Below are positions 18,689 through 27,376 of a stretch of 64,000 nucleotides of DNA, piece by piece. The translations under genes and the position numbers were made by a program. The notes below the pieces were generated by a model. The model was not told the DNA's origin. It was given only the letters and a program-made list of their open reading frames with translations, and searched no databases. The DNA is taken from the IMG/VR virus record IMGVR_UViG_3300043399_001190. The stretch is one strand, 5' to 3'. This stretch comes from a virus. Its lineage: Duplodnaviria; Heunggongvirae; Uroviricota; Caudoviricetes. Numbering within the stretch: the first letter of the stretch is position 1; every line of letters begins with the position of its first letter.

Positions 18689-20586
18689 AAAAATTTCTAG
18701 AAAAAGTGGAAGACGATTTGCAAACCAAAAGCCCAGTCGTAATGGCTTTTGGTAGAATGAATCCGCCCACAGTTGGGCATGAGAAACTTGTAAACAGAGT
18801 TAAAGAAATAGCTAAAGACTATAATGCTCCACACCATGTTATAATTTCACATTCTGTTGATGCAAACAAAAATCCACTTGATGCTAAAGCAAAACTGAAA
18901 CACGCCCAGAGATTTTTTCCTGGCACAAATTTATCAACTTCCAGTAAAGAACTTCCAACTTTCTTGCAACACGCTGCAAAGTTAAATGCAGCAGGACATG
19001 ACCATTTAATTATGGTTGCAGGCTCGGATAGAATTCCAGAATATGAAAAGAAGTTGCATGATTATAATGGACCAAAAGATAAAAATCCAAAAGCACTTTT
19101 CAATTTCAAAAAAATTGAGTTGAAATCTGCGGGGCATCGTGATCCTGACTCTGAAGGTGTTGAAGGTATGTCTGCCTCAAAAATGAGGGAACATGCAAAA
19201 AATAATGATTTTCATAGCTTCAAGATGGGTGTACCTGAGCATGTGCCCGAGAAACACGCCAGAGAACTTTTCAGAGATGTTAGAAAAGGTATGGGTATAC
19301 ATGAAGATTCTAGTCATGGTTTGTTCAAAGCACTCTTCATTTGTGGTGGTCCCGGTTCCGGTAAAGATATCATCATACGTGAAGCAATTGCTGAAAGAAA
19401 CGCGGTCGAACTGAATTCAACTCTTGCAATTAATATTCTCAACGACAAACATAAGTTACATGAACAGTCTAAAGATTTCAGAAGAGAAGCTATTCGCAAA
19501 AGAATGCCGTTGATTGTAAATGGCACAACGAATGAACAATTCAATATTATTGAAATTAAAAATGAGTTGGAAGAACTCGGTTACGAAACAATGATGATTT
19601 TCGTAAACACGACAAACGAAGCTTCGAAAAAAAGAAACAATGGACATGAAAGAGTTATGTCCGAATCTGTTCGTCAAGAAAGATGGGATAAGACTCAACT
19701 TGTAGCTGAAAAAATGAATCAAATTTTTACAAAATATCTGGAATTTGATAACTCTTTGGACTTGAATGAAGCTACAATTTTCGAAATGTCGGAGAAAGAA
19801 GAAGATATAGCAATCATTTATGAAATGTCCAACTGGTTTTTCGACACTCAAGTAAACAACGAAATTGCAGAAACTTGGTTAGAAAAAAATAGAAAAAAGG
19901 ATATAAACCAAGTATTCGAATCCTTTATTAAAAATCCTTTGAAAGGTAGAAAAAATGTTTCAGAAATTAAAGCAAATCGCAAGACTATTTTTGCCGAAAG
20001 TGGATGCAAATGCAAAACATCCTTTGGATATTCAGAAGTATCAGGTAGAGGAAAACAAAAGCTCACAGACAACATCTGCCCAAGTTGCGAGCTTACTAGA
20101 AAAGCCGGTAGAGAAGACGATGTTAGAGACGGAGACACCAAATCAAACATTAGTTACACATTCAGAACCTACCACGAAGGAACAACCCCAACCATCCAAG
20201 TCAACCCAGAGCCCAAAGAAACGCGCTTCCAGCAAGACAACGACAAGCAAAAAAACAGGAAACAAAAAGCCGCACCAAGCCAAAGCGGCAAAGTAATGAA
20301 CACTGCTGGTGTTAGCCCAGAATATGATACACGCGCTCAAGGTTCTGTTTACCCAATGTCTGGTCTTGGAAATGTTACATATAGAGAACAGAAAGAGAAT
20401 AAATATACCAGTACCGCAGAGGTAACACGCAAATCGTTTGTAAAATTCAGAAAAGAATCTATTGATTCTCCAAGTGTCGAAATGGGAGTTACTGGCGGAG
20501 AATATGGTCCTTCAAACAAAGAACCGTTGGAAACTCCAGGCGATAAAGTATTGAATCAAAATTCAAATAAAAAGAAGAAAAAATGA
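18685..20586 (+). CDS. HxGH nucleotidyltransferase (NMNAT/cytidylyltransferase-like) fused to P-loop domain (GGPGSGK) and long K/T-rich low-complexity tail; CTS-like N-terminus
   Basis: MKKFLEKVED N-term; FGRMNPPTVGHEKL; LFICGGPGSGKDIII; tail rich in K,T,S,N. Confidence 0.5.
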   Translation: MKKFLEKVEDDLQTKSPVVMAFGRMNPPTVGHEKLVNRVKEIAKDYNAPHHVIISHSVDANKNPLDAKAKLKHAQRFFPGTNLSTSSKELPTFLQHAAKLNAAGHDHLIMVAGSDRIPEYEKKLHDYNGPKDKNPKALFNFKKIELKSAGHRDPDSEGVEGMSASKMREHAKNNDFHSFKMGVPEHVPEKHARELFRDVRKGMGIHEDSSHGLFKALFICGGPGSGKDIIIREAIAERNAVELNSTLAINILNDKHKLHEQSKDFRREAIRKRMPLIVNGTTNEQFNIIEIKNELEELGYETMMIFVNTTNEASKKRNNGHERVMSESVRQERWDKTQLVAEKMNQIFTKYLEFDNSLDLNEATIFEMSEKEEDIAIIYEMSNWFFDTQVNNEIAETWLEKNRKKDINQVFESFIKNPLKGRKNVSEIKANRKTIFAESGCKCKTSFGYSEVSGRGKQKLTDNICPSCELTRKAGREDDVRDGDTKSNISYTFRTYHEGTTPTIQVNPEPKETRFQQDNDKQKNRKQKAAPSQSGKVMNTAGVSPEYDTRAQGSVYPMSGLGNVTYREQKENKYTSTAEVTRKSFVKFRKESIDSPSVEMGVTGGEYGPSNKEPLETPGDKVLNQNSNKKKKK

Positions 20587-21056
20587 AAACGTTTCTACAA
20601 TATTCAAAAGAGCGAGACAAGGAAGAGCTTGAAAGACAAATGCGCCATCATTTCGAAATGGCTCAAAGAAGTCTTGACACGGCTCAAGAATTGCAAAGTA
20701 AAGGTGACATGGATGGTTTTCACACATTTATGGCAAAGCACCACCATTTTCAAACTCAAGGTGAGTATTTAAAAACTCACTTGAATGAGGCTTCTCCAGC
20801 GTGGCAAAGAAAAGCTGGTAAAAGCCCAACTGGCGGTCTGAATCGCAAAGGTATTGCTTCTTATCGTCGTGAAAATCCTGGTTCAAAACTGTCAATGGCA
20901 GTGACAACACCTCCTTCAAAGTTGAAGCCAGGAAGCAAAGCTGCAAAAAGAAGAAAATCCTTCTGTGCAAGAATGGGTGGTATGCCTGGTCCAATGAAGG
21001 ATGAAAAGGGTCGCCCAACTAGAAAAGCTTTATCGTTACGTAAATGGAACTGCTAA
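20583..21056 (+). CDS. basic protein with CTS-like N-terminus (candidate internal head protein)
   Basis: MKTFLQYSKE N-term; K/R-rich C-terminus. Confidence 0.45.
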   Translation: MKTFLQYSKERDKEELERQMRHHFEMAQRSLDTAQELQSKGDMDGFHTFMAKHHHFQTQGEYLKTHLNEASPAWQRKAGKSPTGGLNRKGIASYRRENPGSKLSMAVTTPPSKLKPGSKAAKRRKSFCARMGGMPGPMKDEKGRPTRKALSLRKWNC

Positions 21057-21071
21057 TAAACGGAGAAAAAA

Positions 21072-21863
21072 ATGTTCAATAATATTTTCAAGAAAAATGA
21101 TCCTGTTGCTGATATGATCGCTCAAATTGCTGAAGCCGATTACAAAGCAAAAATGGAAGAGCTTAAAGGTCAACAGCATAAGATTGACAAAAACAAGAAC
21201 AACAAGATTGATGCACACGACTTTGCAATTCTTCGTGGCGAAAAGAAAGCCATGAAAAAAGAAGAAGTTGATAGTGTTGAAGAAGCTAACAATCCATTTG
21301 ATGTTAAGAACTACAAGAGTCAATTGAAATCAAAACCAGGTGAAAAAGCTGGCTTTGACTCCAAGAAAACATCTACTGGTACTGTTTATTCAAGAAAGCC
21401 AGTCAAAGATGAGCCAATGAAAAAGGAAGAAATTGACCCGAACAAGACAACAGTTGACACGTTAAATGGTCGTGAAAAAGATTCTAAGAATCCTTTTCTT
21501 TCGAAGAAAGTGTTCATGGATGTACCAGATAATGTAAAAGAAGAAACTGAACAAATTGATGAGTTGAAAAAAACGACTGTCAAATCTTATCTAAAGAAAA
21601 AAGTTGATACTCTCCCAGGAAAAGATCCAAAGAAAGACCAGGAAAGCATGATGAGAGCGCATCATCGTGTTACTGGTGTTAAACCAACTTCTGAAGAAGT
21701 TGAAAAAATCGACGAGCGTGAACTTACTAAAGGTGAAACCGCAGAAAAAGAACGTATCGTTAAAGGAATGAAAAAGAGTTTTGCTGGTTTCAAACAGCGT
21801 TACGGTGATAAAGCAAAATCAGTTATGTATGCTACCGCTACAAAGGCAGCTAAAAAGGATTGA
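21072..21863 (+). CDS. K/E-rich protein with TEQIDELKK motif (candidate scaffold/internal protein)
   Basis: shares (V/T)EQIDE(L) motif with next gene. Confidence 0.5.
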   Translation: MFNNIFKKNDPVADMIAQIAEADYKAKMEELKGQQHKIDKNKNNKIDAHDFAILRGEKKAMKKEEVDSVEEANNPFDVKNYKSQLKSKPGEKAGFDSKKTSTGTVYSRKPVKDEPMKKEEIDPNKTTVDTLNGREKDSKNPFLSKKVFMDVPDNVKEETEQIDELKKTTVKSYLKKKVDTLPGKDPKKDQESMMRAHHRVTGVKPTSEEVEKIDERELTKGETAEKERIVKGMKKSFAGFKQRYGDKAKSVMYATATKAAKKD

Positions 21864-23722
21864 TAATGAGTAAAGCAGGCAATCTCATTAAAAACATGGT
21901 GAAAGCGAAAAAAGAATCTGTCATGGGTAAATTGGCCAACGGTGACGATCCGATGGAACCATGGTCGAAAAGATTCGATGCTCCAATCAAAGAAGAAGAA
22001 TTGAACGAAGATACCTGGTTATATCGTTACATACGTTCTCTTGGTTGGGACCCGGAACACATGACATTTGCAGAACGTTCAAAATACGCTCGTTCGAATG
22101 CATTTAAACACTGGAAACAGTCACACATGAATCGTAGACCGGGTGAAACTGCCACAATGGAGAAACCAGTTCAGGAAGAAATTCTCGACGAAGCTGGAAC
22201 TGGCTTGCTCATGTCATATATTAAATCCAAGGGTCTTGATCCAAGAACAATGGACGGAAATCAAAAAGCCGCATATTCTAAATCCAGTGAATTTAGAATG
22301 TTTAAAATGCGTCATATGAAAGAAGTTTCGGGGATGGGTGAACGTGGTGATGATTGGAATGAAGAAAAGAAACCTGTGAAAGAGGCTGTCGATAAAGCAG
22401 ACACTGTTACAGTAGACATTCCATTGATGATTCGTCTTCTTGAATATGCTCGTGAAGATGCCAAAACCGATATGGATCTACACAAAGTTGTGGAAAATTT
22501 AATCAATATGCGTTCAGAAGGAACACTTTCAATGGATCATTACGATTCTATCGTAAATGTTAAGTCCATGAAAGAAGAGGTTGAACAAATTGATGAACTT
22601 GATAAAGCGACACTGACCAGCTATGCAACGAAAGCGAGAGCAGATGCTGAAAAGCTAACTAAGCAAGGTGATGCTGCATCAAAAAGAAGTTCCACGAAAT
22701 CTTTACAGACTGCTTATGACAAATATAAAAAAGCAGCAAAACGCACGATGGGTGCCGGTAGTGCAGAGTCGAAAGCTCGTCTAAAAGAAGACGAGCAATT
22801 AGACGAACTAAAAAAGATTCCTGATAATATGGATGCTGACGACCATATTACCCGTGAAGATTTGCGTCAGTGGTTTAGTAAAACACACCCAGAGGGTGAT
22901 TGGAAAAGAATCAATTCAAAAGGTGAAGTTGCAGGTCCTTGTGCCAGAGAGCCTGGTGAACCAAAACCTAAGTGCATGTCAAAAGAGAAACGCGCACAAT
23001 TGAGCAAGAGTGAACGTGCGGCCGCAGTTGCAGCAAAACGTAAACATGATCCTGTTGCTGATAGACCAGGTAAAGGCGGTAAGCCTATTAACGTTTCAAA
23101 TTACGGTAAAGGTAAACTGAGTGAAGAAGGTGTCGATGAAGCATGTTGGGATACACACAAACAAGAGGGAATGAAAAAGAAGGGCGATAGAATGGTCCCA
23201 AATTGTGTTCCTAAAAATGAATCTGTCGAACAAATTGATGAAAAAAACAAACCAACAAATCCAGGTTTGTGGTCTAGAGCAAAAGCAATGGCTCGTTCCA
23301 AGTTTGATGTTTACCCATCAGCTTATGCAAATGGTTGGGCAGCAAAATGGTACAAATCCAAAGGCGGCGGATGGAAGTCGGTGAAAGAAGATATTGTTCA
23401 AGAAGGTATTTACGGTATCGAGGATTCACCTTTGTCTGCGACAAATTCTGTTAAAGCTATGGAATCTTCTAACAGAAAAAAAGAAATGTCGAAATCTGCT
23501 AGAATGATTAAATCAATCTACAAAAAGAAAAATGTCAAAGAGACAATGTACGATTGGGAAAAGACTGAAAAGGGTGGTAAAGTTGTTGATGAGCCAACCG
23601 CAAAAGTTATTATGAAAGGTGGTACAACTATGACTGGAAAACCACGAGACACTATCGAAATAGAGCCTGTCTTAAAAACAAAACTTAACAGTCCGGCTGG
23701 TATGAAATCTAGCTTGCAATAA
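21860..23722 (+). CDS. 620-aa K/E-rich protein with internal duplications and three (V)EQIDE motifs (candidate scaffold/internal protein)
   Basis: repeats YIRSLGWDPEHMT..HWKQSHM / YIKSKGLDPRTMD..MFKMRHM; EEVEQIDELDK, ESVEQIDEKNK. Confidence 0.5.
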   Translation: MIMSKAGNLIKNMVKAKKESVMGKLANGDDPMEPWSKRFDAPIKEEELNEDTWLYRYIRSLGWDPEHMTFAERSKYARSNAFKHWKQSHMNRRPGETATMEKPVQEEILDEAGTGLLMSYIKSKGLDPRTMDGNQKAAYSKSSEFRMFKMRHMKEVSGMGERGDDWNEEKKPVKEAVDKADTVTVDIPLMIRLLEYAREDAKTDMDLHKVVENLINMRSEGTLSMDHYDSIVNVKSMKEEVEQIDELDKATLTSYATKARADAEKLTKQGDAASKRSSTKSLQTAYDKYKKAAKRTMGAGSAESKARLKEDEQLDELKKIPDNMDADDHITREDLRQWFSKTHPEGDWKRINSKGEVAGPCAREPGEPKPKCMSKEKRAQLSKSERAAAVAAKRKHDPVADRPGKGGKPINVSNYGKGKLSEEGVDEACWDTHKQEGMKKKGDRMVPNCVPKNESVEQIDEKNKPTNPGLWSRAKAMARSKFDVYPSAYANGWAAKWYKSKGGGWKSVKEDIVQEGIYGIEDSPLSATNSVKAMESSNRKKEMSKSARMIKSIYKKKNVKETMYDWEKTEKGGKVVDEPTAKVIMKGGTTMTGKPRDTIEIEPVLKTKLNSPAGMKSSLQ

Positions 23723-23754
23723 ATAACAGTATATTCTTTTAAGGAGAAACAGTA

Positions 23755-24309
23755 ATGTCAACAGCTTTTTGGACAATGACGGACGCTAACACTGGTGTTC
23801 CGCTTTTCGCACCAACAGCACTAAAACTTGCACCAACCCGTGCAAACGCAAATGTAATCTATGCTAACTCAAATACCGCACAAGCTTTTAGTGCAGCCGT
23901 TGGTGTTTGGGGTGTAGATACACAGGAAGCAACAAACACCCAAGTTACGCCAGCCGCAACAAAAATGGCTCACGCTGGTTGGGTTCAAAGAACCGCAGGT
24001 ATGGGTGGTATTGTTACAATTTCTGCTAACACCAATGCTTATAGCCCAGACGGTAATATTTTTGTTACTTTCGCAAATGGTGGTACAGGTGCAACACCTG
24101 CAAACGCTACAGTTGTTACCAATGGTGCAAAACTAATCACAGGTATCACTTTGAATGAACCAGGTTTGTATCTAACAACACCAACCGCCACAGTTGTAAA
24201 TAGTAACGTTGCTATCACAATCACTATGGGTGGTCGTGCTGGTAGAACACAATACGAAACTCTTGTTGCAACTGGTAGCATCACCGGCAACGGCGCAGTT
24301 ATTATCTAA
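23755..24309 (+). CDS. highly codon-biased Ala/Thr/Gly/Asn-rich protein (likely abundant virion/late protein)
   Basis: strong RBS AAGGAGAAACAGTAATG; GC and codon use shifted (ggt/gca/act); AATAAATA (late-promoter-like) at ~23721; hairpin after stop. Confidence 0.5.
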   Translation: MSTAFWTMTDANTGVPLFAPTALKLAPTRANANVIYANSNTAQAFSAAVGVWGVDTQEATNTQVTPAATKMAHAGWVQRTAGMGGIVTISANTNAYSPDGNIFVTFANGGTGATPANATVVTNGAKLITGITLNEPGLYLTTPTATVVNSNVAITITMGGRAGRTQYETLVATGSITGNGAVII

Positions 24310-24313
24310 TAAA

Positions 24314-24332
24314 AGGGCGGATTTTCCGCCCT
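24314..24332 (+). terminator. hairpin AGGGCGG-atttt-CCGCCCT directly after stop of 23755..24309
   Basis: 7-bp GC-rich stem; weak U-tract on plus strand (TATCATTAT). Confidence 0.45.
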
Positions 24333-24338
24333 ATCATT

Positions 24339-24725
24339 ATGTTTGATGATTTGACTGAAGACAATTTTATTATGTATGCTATGAAGGCATACTATTCGCC
24401 ACACTGTATAATGAGTGAATTTGAGAGCGACCTAAAAAGAACAAAATATCTAAAAAGACTTTTCAGGCGCTACAAAATAACGAAAGCATTAAAAGAAAGA
24501 TTAATCTTAAACCACATAATACTTCTTTATAATGTTTTTGGAGTCGAGGCGGCAACAAGAATATTGTTCTTCAGAATTGATGAAAAAGATTATGATGTTC
24601 TTAAAACTTTTTTGATTTATCTAAATTATATGCCAGATAAAATAAAAGGTATAGGTGGAAAAGATATTTTATCTTCTGATATACTAATTGATATGCATGT
24701 TGCAGATATACTAAGAAAAATATGA
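24339..24725 (+). CDS. hypothetical protein
   Basis: ORF track. Confidence 0.4.
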   Translation: MFDDLTEDNFIMYAMKAYYSPHCIMSEFESDLKRTKYLKRLFRRYKITKALKERLILNHIILLYNVFGVEAATRILFFRIDEKDYDVLKTFLIYLNYMPDKIKGIGGKDILSSDILIDMHVADILRKI

Positions 24726-24907
24726 AATCATTCAAACAATTTATTTTAGAAGATGGTATGGTGGGTTCTTCCGGACCAACAAATGTTGTAAGCACTGGTG
24801 CGATTGCTGGAACGGGGGAAAAAGGTGGTGAACCAGGTGTGCGTTTAAAACGTAAGCGTGCTGTTATAGTTCAACCAATGCAAAAACGAAAACCACCAAA
24901 GATGTAA
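24722..24907 (+). CDS. small basic protein with CTS-like N-terminus (IPI-like internal protein candidate)
   Basis: MKSFKQFILED N-term; Gly-rich middle, KRKRAV..KRKPPKM basic tail. Confidence 0.4.
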   Translation: MKSFKQFILEDGMVGSSGPTNVVSTGAIAGTGEKGGEPGVRLKRKRAVIVQPMQKRKPPKM

Positions 24908-24908
24908 A

Positions 24909-25331
24909 ATGTGGATATTACAGTGGTTACCTGACTGGTTTTTTTATGCTCTATTTTTCGTGGGCTTGTTGGGAATCGCTACTACATTTTTATTGAGATT
25001 CATACCTTTCTTTTATTTGTATAAGAATACAATTCAAGCTTTTTCTTTGTTATTGATTGTTATTGGTGTTTATATGTCAGGAGCAATCAGAGAAAAAGCT
25101 GCTTGGGAAATGAGAGTGAAAGAAATGGAGATAAAGCTTGCTGAAGCTCAAGCAGAATCTTCGAAAGTTAATACTGAGATAATTGAAAAAACTATAACAA
25201 AAACACAAATCGTTAAAGAGAGAGGTAACGATATTGTTAAATATATTGATCGTGAAGTGGTGAAATATGATAATGAATGTAAGATACCAAAAGAGTTCAT
25301 TGAAGCACATAACAAAGCGACAACACGATGA
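24909..25331 (+). CDS. membrane protein with N-terminal TM segments and periplasmic coiled coil (i-spanin-like)
   Basis: hydrophobic FYALFFVGLLGIATTFLL and AFSLLLIVIGVYMSGAI, then charged helical region; start overlaps stop of upstream gene, coupled to next gene (ATGA). Confidence 0.4.
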   Translation: MWILQWLPDWFFYALFFVGLLGIATTFLLRFIPFFYLYKNTIQAFSLLLIVIGVYMSGAIREKAAWEMRVKEMEIKLAEAQAESSKVNTEIIEKTITKTQIVKERGNDIVKYIDREVVKYDNECKIPKEFIEAHNKATTR

Positions 25332-25594
25332 AATATTTGTTGATTATTCTTACATTATTAACGGTGGGTTGTTCTACCACCGTGCCGGTCAAAGCAAAAT
25401 TTCCTGACCCTCCAGGAAAATTGATGACCGAAAGATGCCCACAATTAAAAACGTTGGCTGATGATTCGAAGTTAAGTGATGTTTCTAAAACAATCACGAT
25501 GAATTACACCGAATATTATATCTGTGCTGTCAAAGTGGATTCCTGGATCGAATGGTATGACAGTCAGAAAAAAATATTCGAAAGTGTAAAATAA
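25328..25594 (+). CDS. small lipoprotein (o-spanin-like)
   Basis: MKYLLIILTLLTVGC lipobox-like signal; 88 aa; overlaps neighbours. Confidence 0.45.
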   Translation: MKYLLIILTLLTVGCSTTVPVKAKFPDPPGKLMTERCPQLKTLADDSKLSDVSKTITMNYTEYYICAVKVDSWIEWYDSQKKIFESVK

Positions 25595-26217
25595 TGGAAT
25601 TAACAAAAGAACAACTAAAACAATTACTTCCAAAGAATCCATATATTGATTACTGGCACAATGCATTGTCGCAACTATTGCCAGATTATGAAATCAATAC
25701 ACCACAGAGAATAGCTGCATTTGTTGCACAATGTTCACATGAGTCTGGTGGATTCATGGTACTTAAAGAGAACTTGAACTATCGCTGGCAATCTTTGAGA
25801 AAGTTATTTCCAAAATACTTCCCAACAGATGAATTGGCACAAAAATATGCATCAATGCCAAACAAACAGGAAGCAATAGCCAATAGAATTTATGCAAATA
25901 GAATGGGAAATGGTCCAGAAGAATCTGGCGATGGTTACAGATATTGTGGTCGCGGTCTTATTCAACTAACAGGTCGTCAAAACTATACCTGGTTTGCAGC
26001 ATCACTTGAAATTACACCTGAAGAAGCAACCGAATATCTTGGAACATTTGAAGGTGCAGCACAATCTGCATGTTGGTTTTGGGAAACAAATAAATTAAAT
26101 CAATGGGCAGATAAAGGTGATATTGTTACACTAACGAAAAGAATCAATGGTGGAACAATAGGTCTAGAAGATCGTATTAAACATTACGAACATGCTCTAC
26201 ACGTTTTAGGTGTATAA
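25594..26217 (+). CDS. endolysin, glycoside hydrolase family 19 (chitinase-like)
   Basis: RIAAFVAQCSHESGGF ... YCGRGLIQLTGRQNY motifs typical of GH19 lysins. Confidence 0.75.
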   Translation: MELTKEQLKQLLPKNPYIDYWHNALSQLLPDYEINTPQRIAAFVAQCSHESGGFMVLKENLNYRWQSLRKLFPKYFPTDELAQKYASMPNKQEAIANRIYANRMGNGPEESGDGYRYCGRGLIQLTGRQNYTWFAASLEITPEEATEYLGTFEGAAQSACWFWETNKLNQWADKGDIVTLTKRINGGTIGLEDRIKHYEHALHVLGV

Positions 26218-26503
26218 AATGAATGATAAAAAATTATTCATAGCACTACTAGTACTCATTTCTTTACCAATTGCATTGGCTTTCTTTGGTAAAGATCGCT
26301 TTAGATATCCATGTCAAGATCCTGAAAATTGGGATAAAGATTTCTGTAAAATGCCTTTGTGCGATGTAACACGTACATGCCCGGAACATATTTTCAAAGG
26401 TCAACGTGATCCAAGATTGGGTCCACCAGAAACAAGAAATCAACCAATCGGTCAAGCTCAGTCTTGTCAAGCACAACCACAAGGAGGTAGCTGTGGAAAA
26501 TAA
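26210..26503 (+). CDS. small Cys-rich protein with N-terminal signal-anchor
   Basis: LFIALLVLISLPIALAFFG hydrophobic N-term; 8 Cys. Confidence 0.4.
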   Translation: MYKMNDKKLFIALLVLISLPIALAFFGKDRFRYPCQDPENWDKDFCKMPLCDVTRTCPEHIFKGQRDPRLGPPETRNQPIGQAQSCQAQPQGGSCGK

Positions 26504-26507
26504 TTTT

Positions 26508-26933
26508 ATGTATACAGAAGAACAATTGATGGCGCGATTGAAATTTTTCATTGGCGTCTGCTTGGCACTGACATTAACAGGTATCGTTTTTGTTGTACTT
26601 TATTCAATTATATTTGTTACGCAGCCTCTGAATGCAATAAGCCCAATCGATCAGAAATTTTTTGAGTTGATTGTTCCTATTGCAACATTTTTAACAGGCA
26701 CACTTTCCGGCATCATGTTAGCGGGAAATGATAAAGATTTGAGAGCAAAAGCTTTAGAGTCGGCGACAAAACCTCCGCCACCGCCTGCGCCAGTCCCAGT
26801 GCAACCAGTAAACACAATGAAGCGTGAGCCAGTTTTCACTGAAACGTTTGCACCAACAAATACTCAACCACAAATTGTTACCGGTTTCGGTGGAAAACCT
26901 GCGCCGGCTCCAGCATTCCAACCGGAAATTTAA
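26508..26933 (+). CDS. TM protein with Pro-rich segment (PPPPAPVPVQP)
   Basis: track ORF 26406..26933; start moved to MYTEEQ after upstream stop; one TM FFIGVCLALTLTGIVFVVLY. Confidence 0.4.
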   Translation: MYTEEQLMARLKFFIGVCLALTLTGIVFVVLYSIIFVTQPLNAISPIDQKFFELIVPIATFLTGTLSGIMLAGNDKDLRAKALESATKPPPPPAPVPVQPVNTMKREPVFTETFAPTNTQPQIVTGFGGKPAPAPAFQPEI

Positions 26934-26934
26934 T

Positions 26935-27174
26935 ATGTTAAAAACACTTTTATTGGATAGTCATGATGGATCGCTGAGTAGTAAAAGAGTCATAACTTTT
27001 TTCGCTTTCATTCTCTGCGGTATTGCATTCATTTCAAACTTGTTTTGGGGTTATAAGATTGATTCCGTTTTATTTGAAGGCATGATGTATATTGCAATGG
27101 TAGGTCTTGGAGTGACCGCTTCAGAAAAATTCGCACCAAAATCCAAAACAATAAATACAGACACGGAGAAATAA
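26935..27174 (+). CDS. small two-TM protein (holin candidate)
   Basis: track ORF 26824..27174; start moved to MLKTLL; TM1 VITFFAFILCGIAFISNLFWGY, TM2 MMYIAMVGLGVTA. Confidence 0.4.
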   Translation: MLKTLLLDSHDGSLSSKRVITFFAFILCGIAFISNLFWGYKIDSVLFEGMMYIAMVGLGVTASEKFAPKSKTINTDTEK

Positions 27175-27175
27175 A

Positions 27176-27376
27176 ATGAAAAAATTAATTACACTCTTTC
27201 TATTAGTATCTTCTTCACTAGTTTTTTCAGCCGAGACAAAAAAAGTATGCGTCGATGCTATAACTAATGATGGAAAACCAATCATCGATAAAAAAACAGG
27301 CAAACCAAAACAGGAATGCAAAGAAATGAAAGTTCACAAGAAATTGGAAGGAACAAAAGTTCCCGATAAAAAATGA
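27176..27376 (+). CDS. small secreted protein
   Basis: signal peptide MKKLITLFLLVSSSLVFSAE. Confidence 0.4.
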   Translation: MKKLITLFLLVSSSLVFSAETKKVCVDAITNDGKPIIDKKTGKPKQECKEMKVHKKLEGTKVPDKK

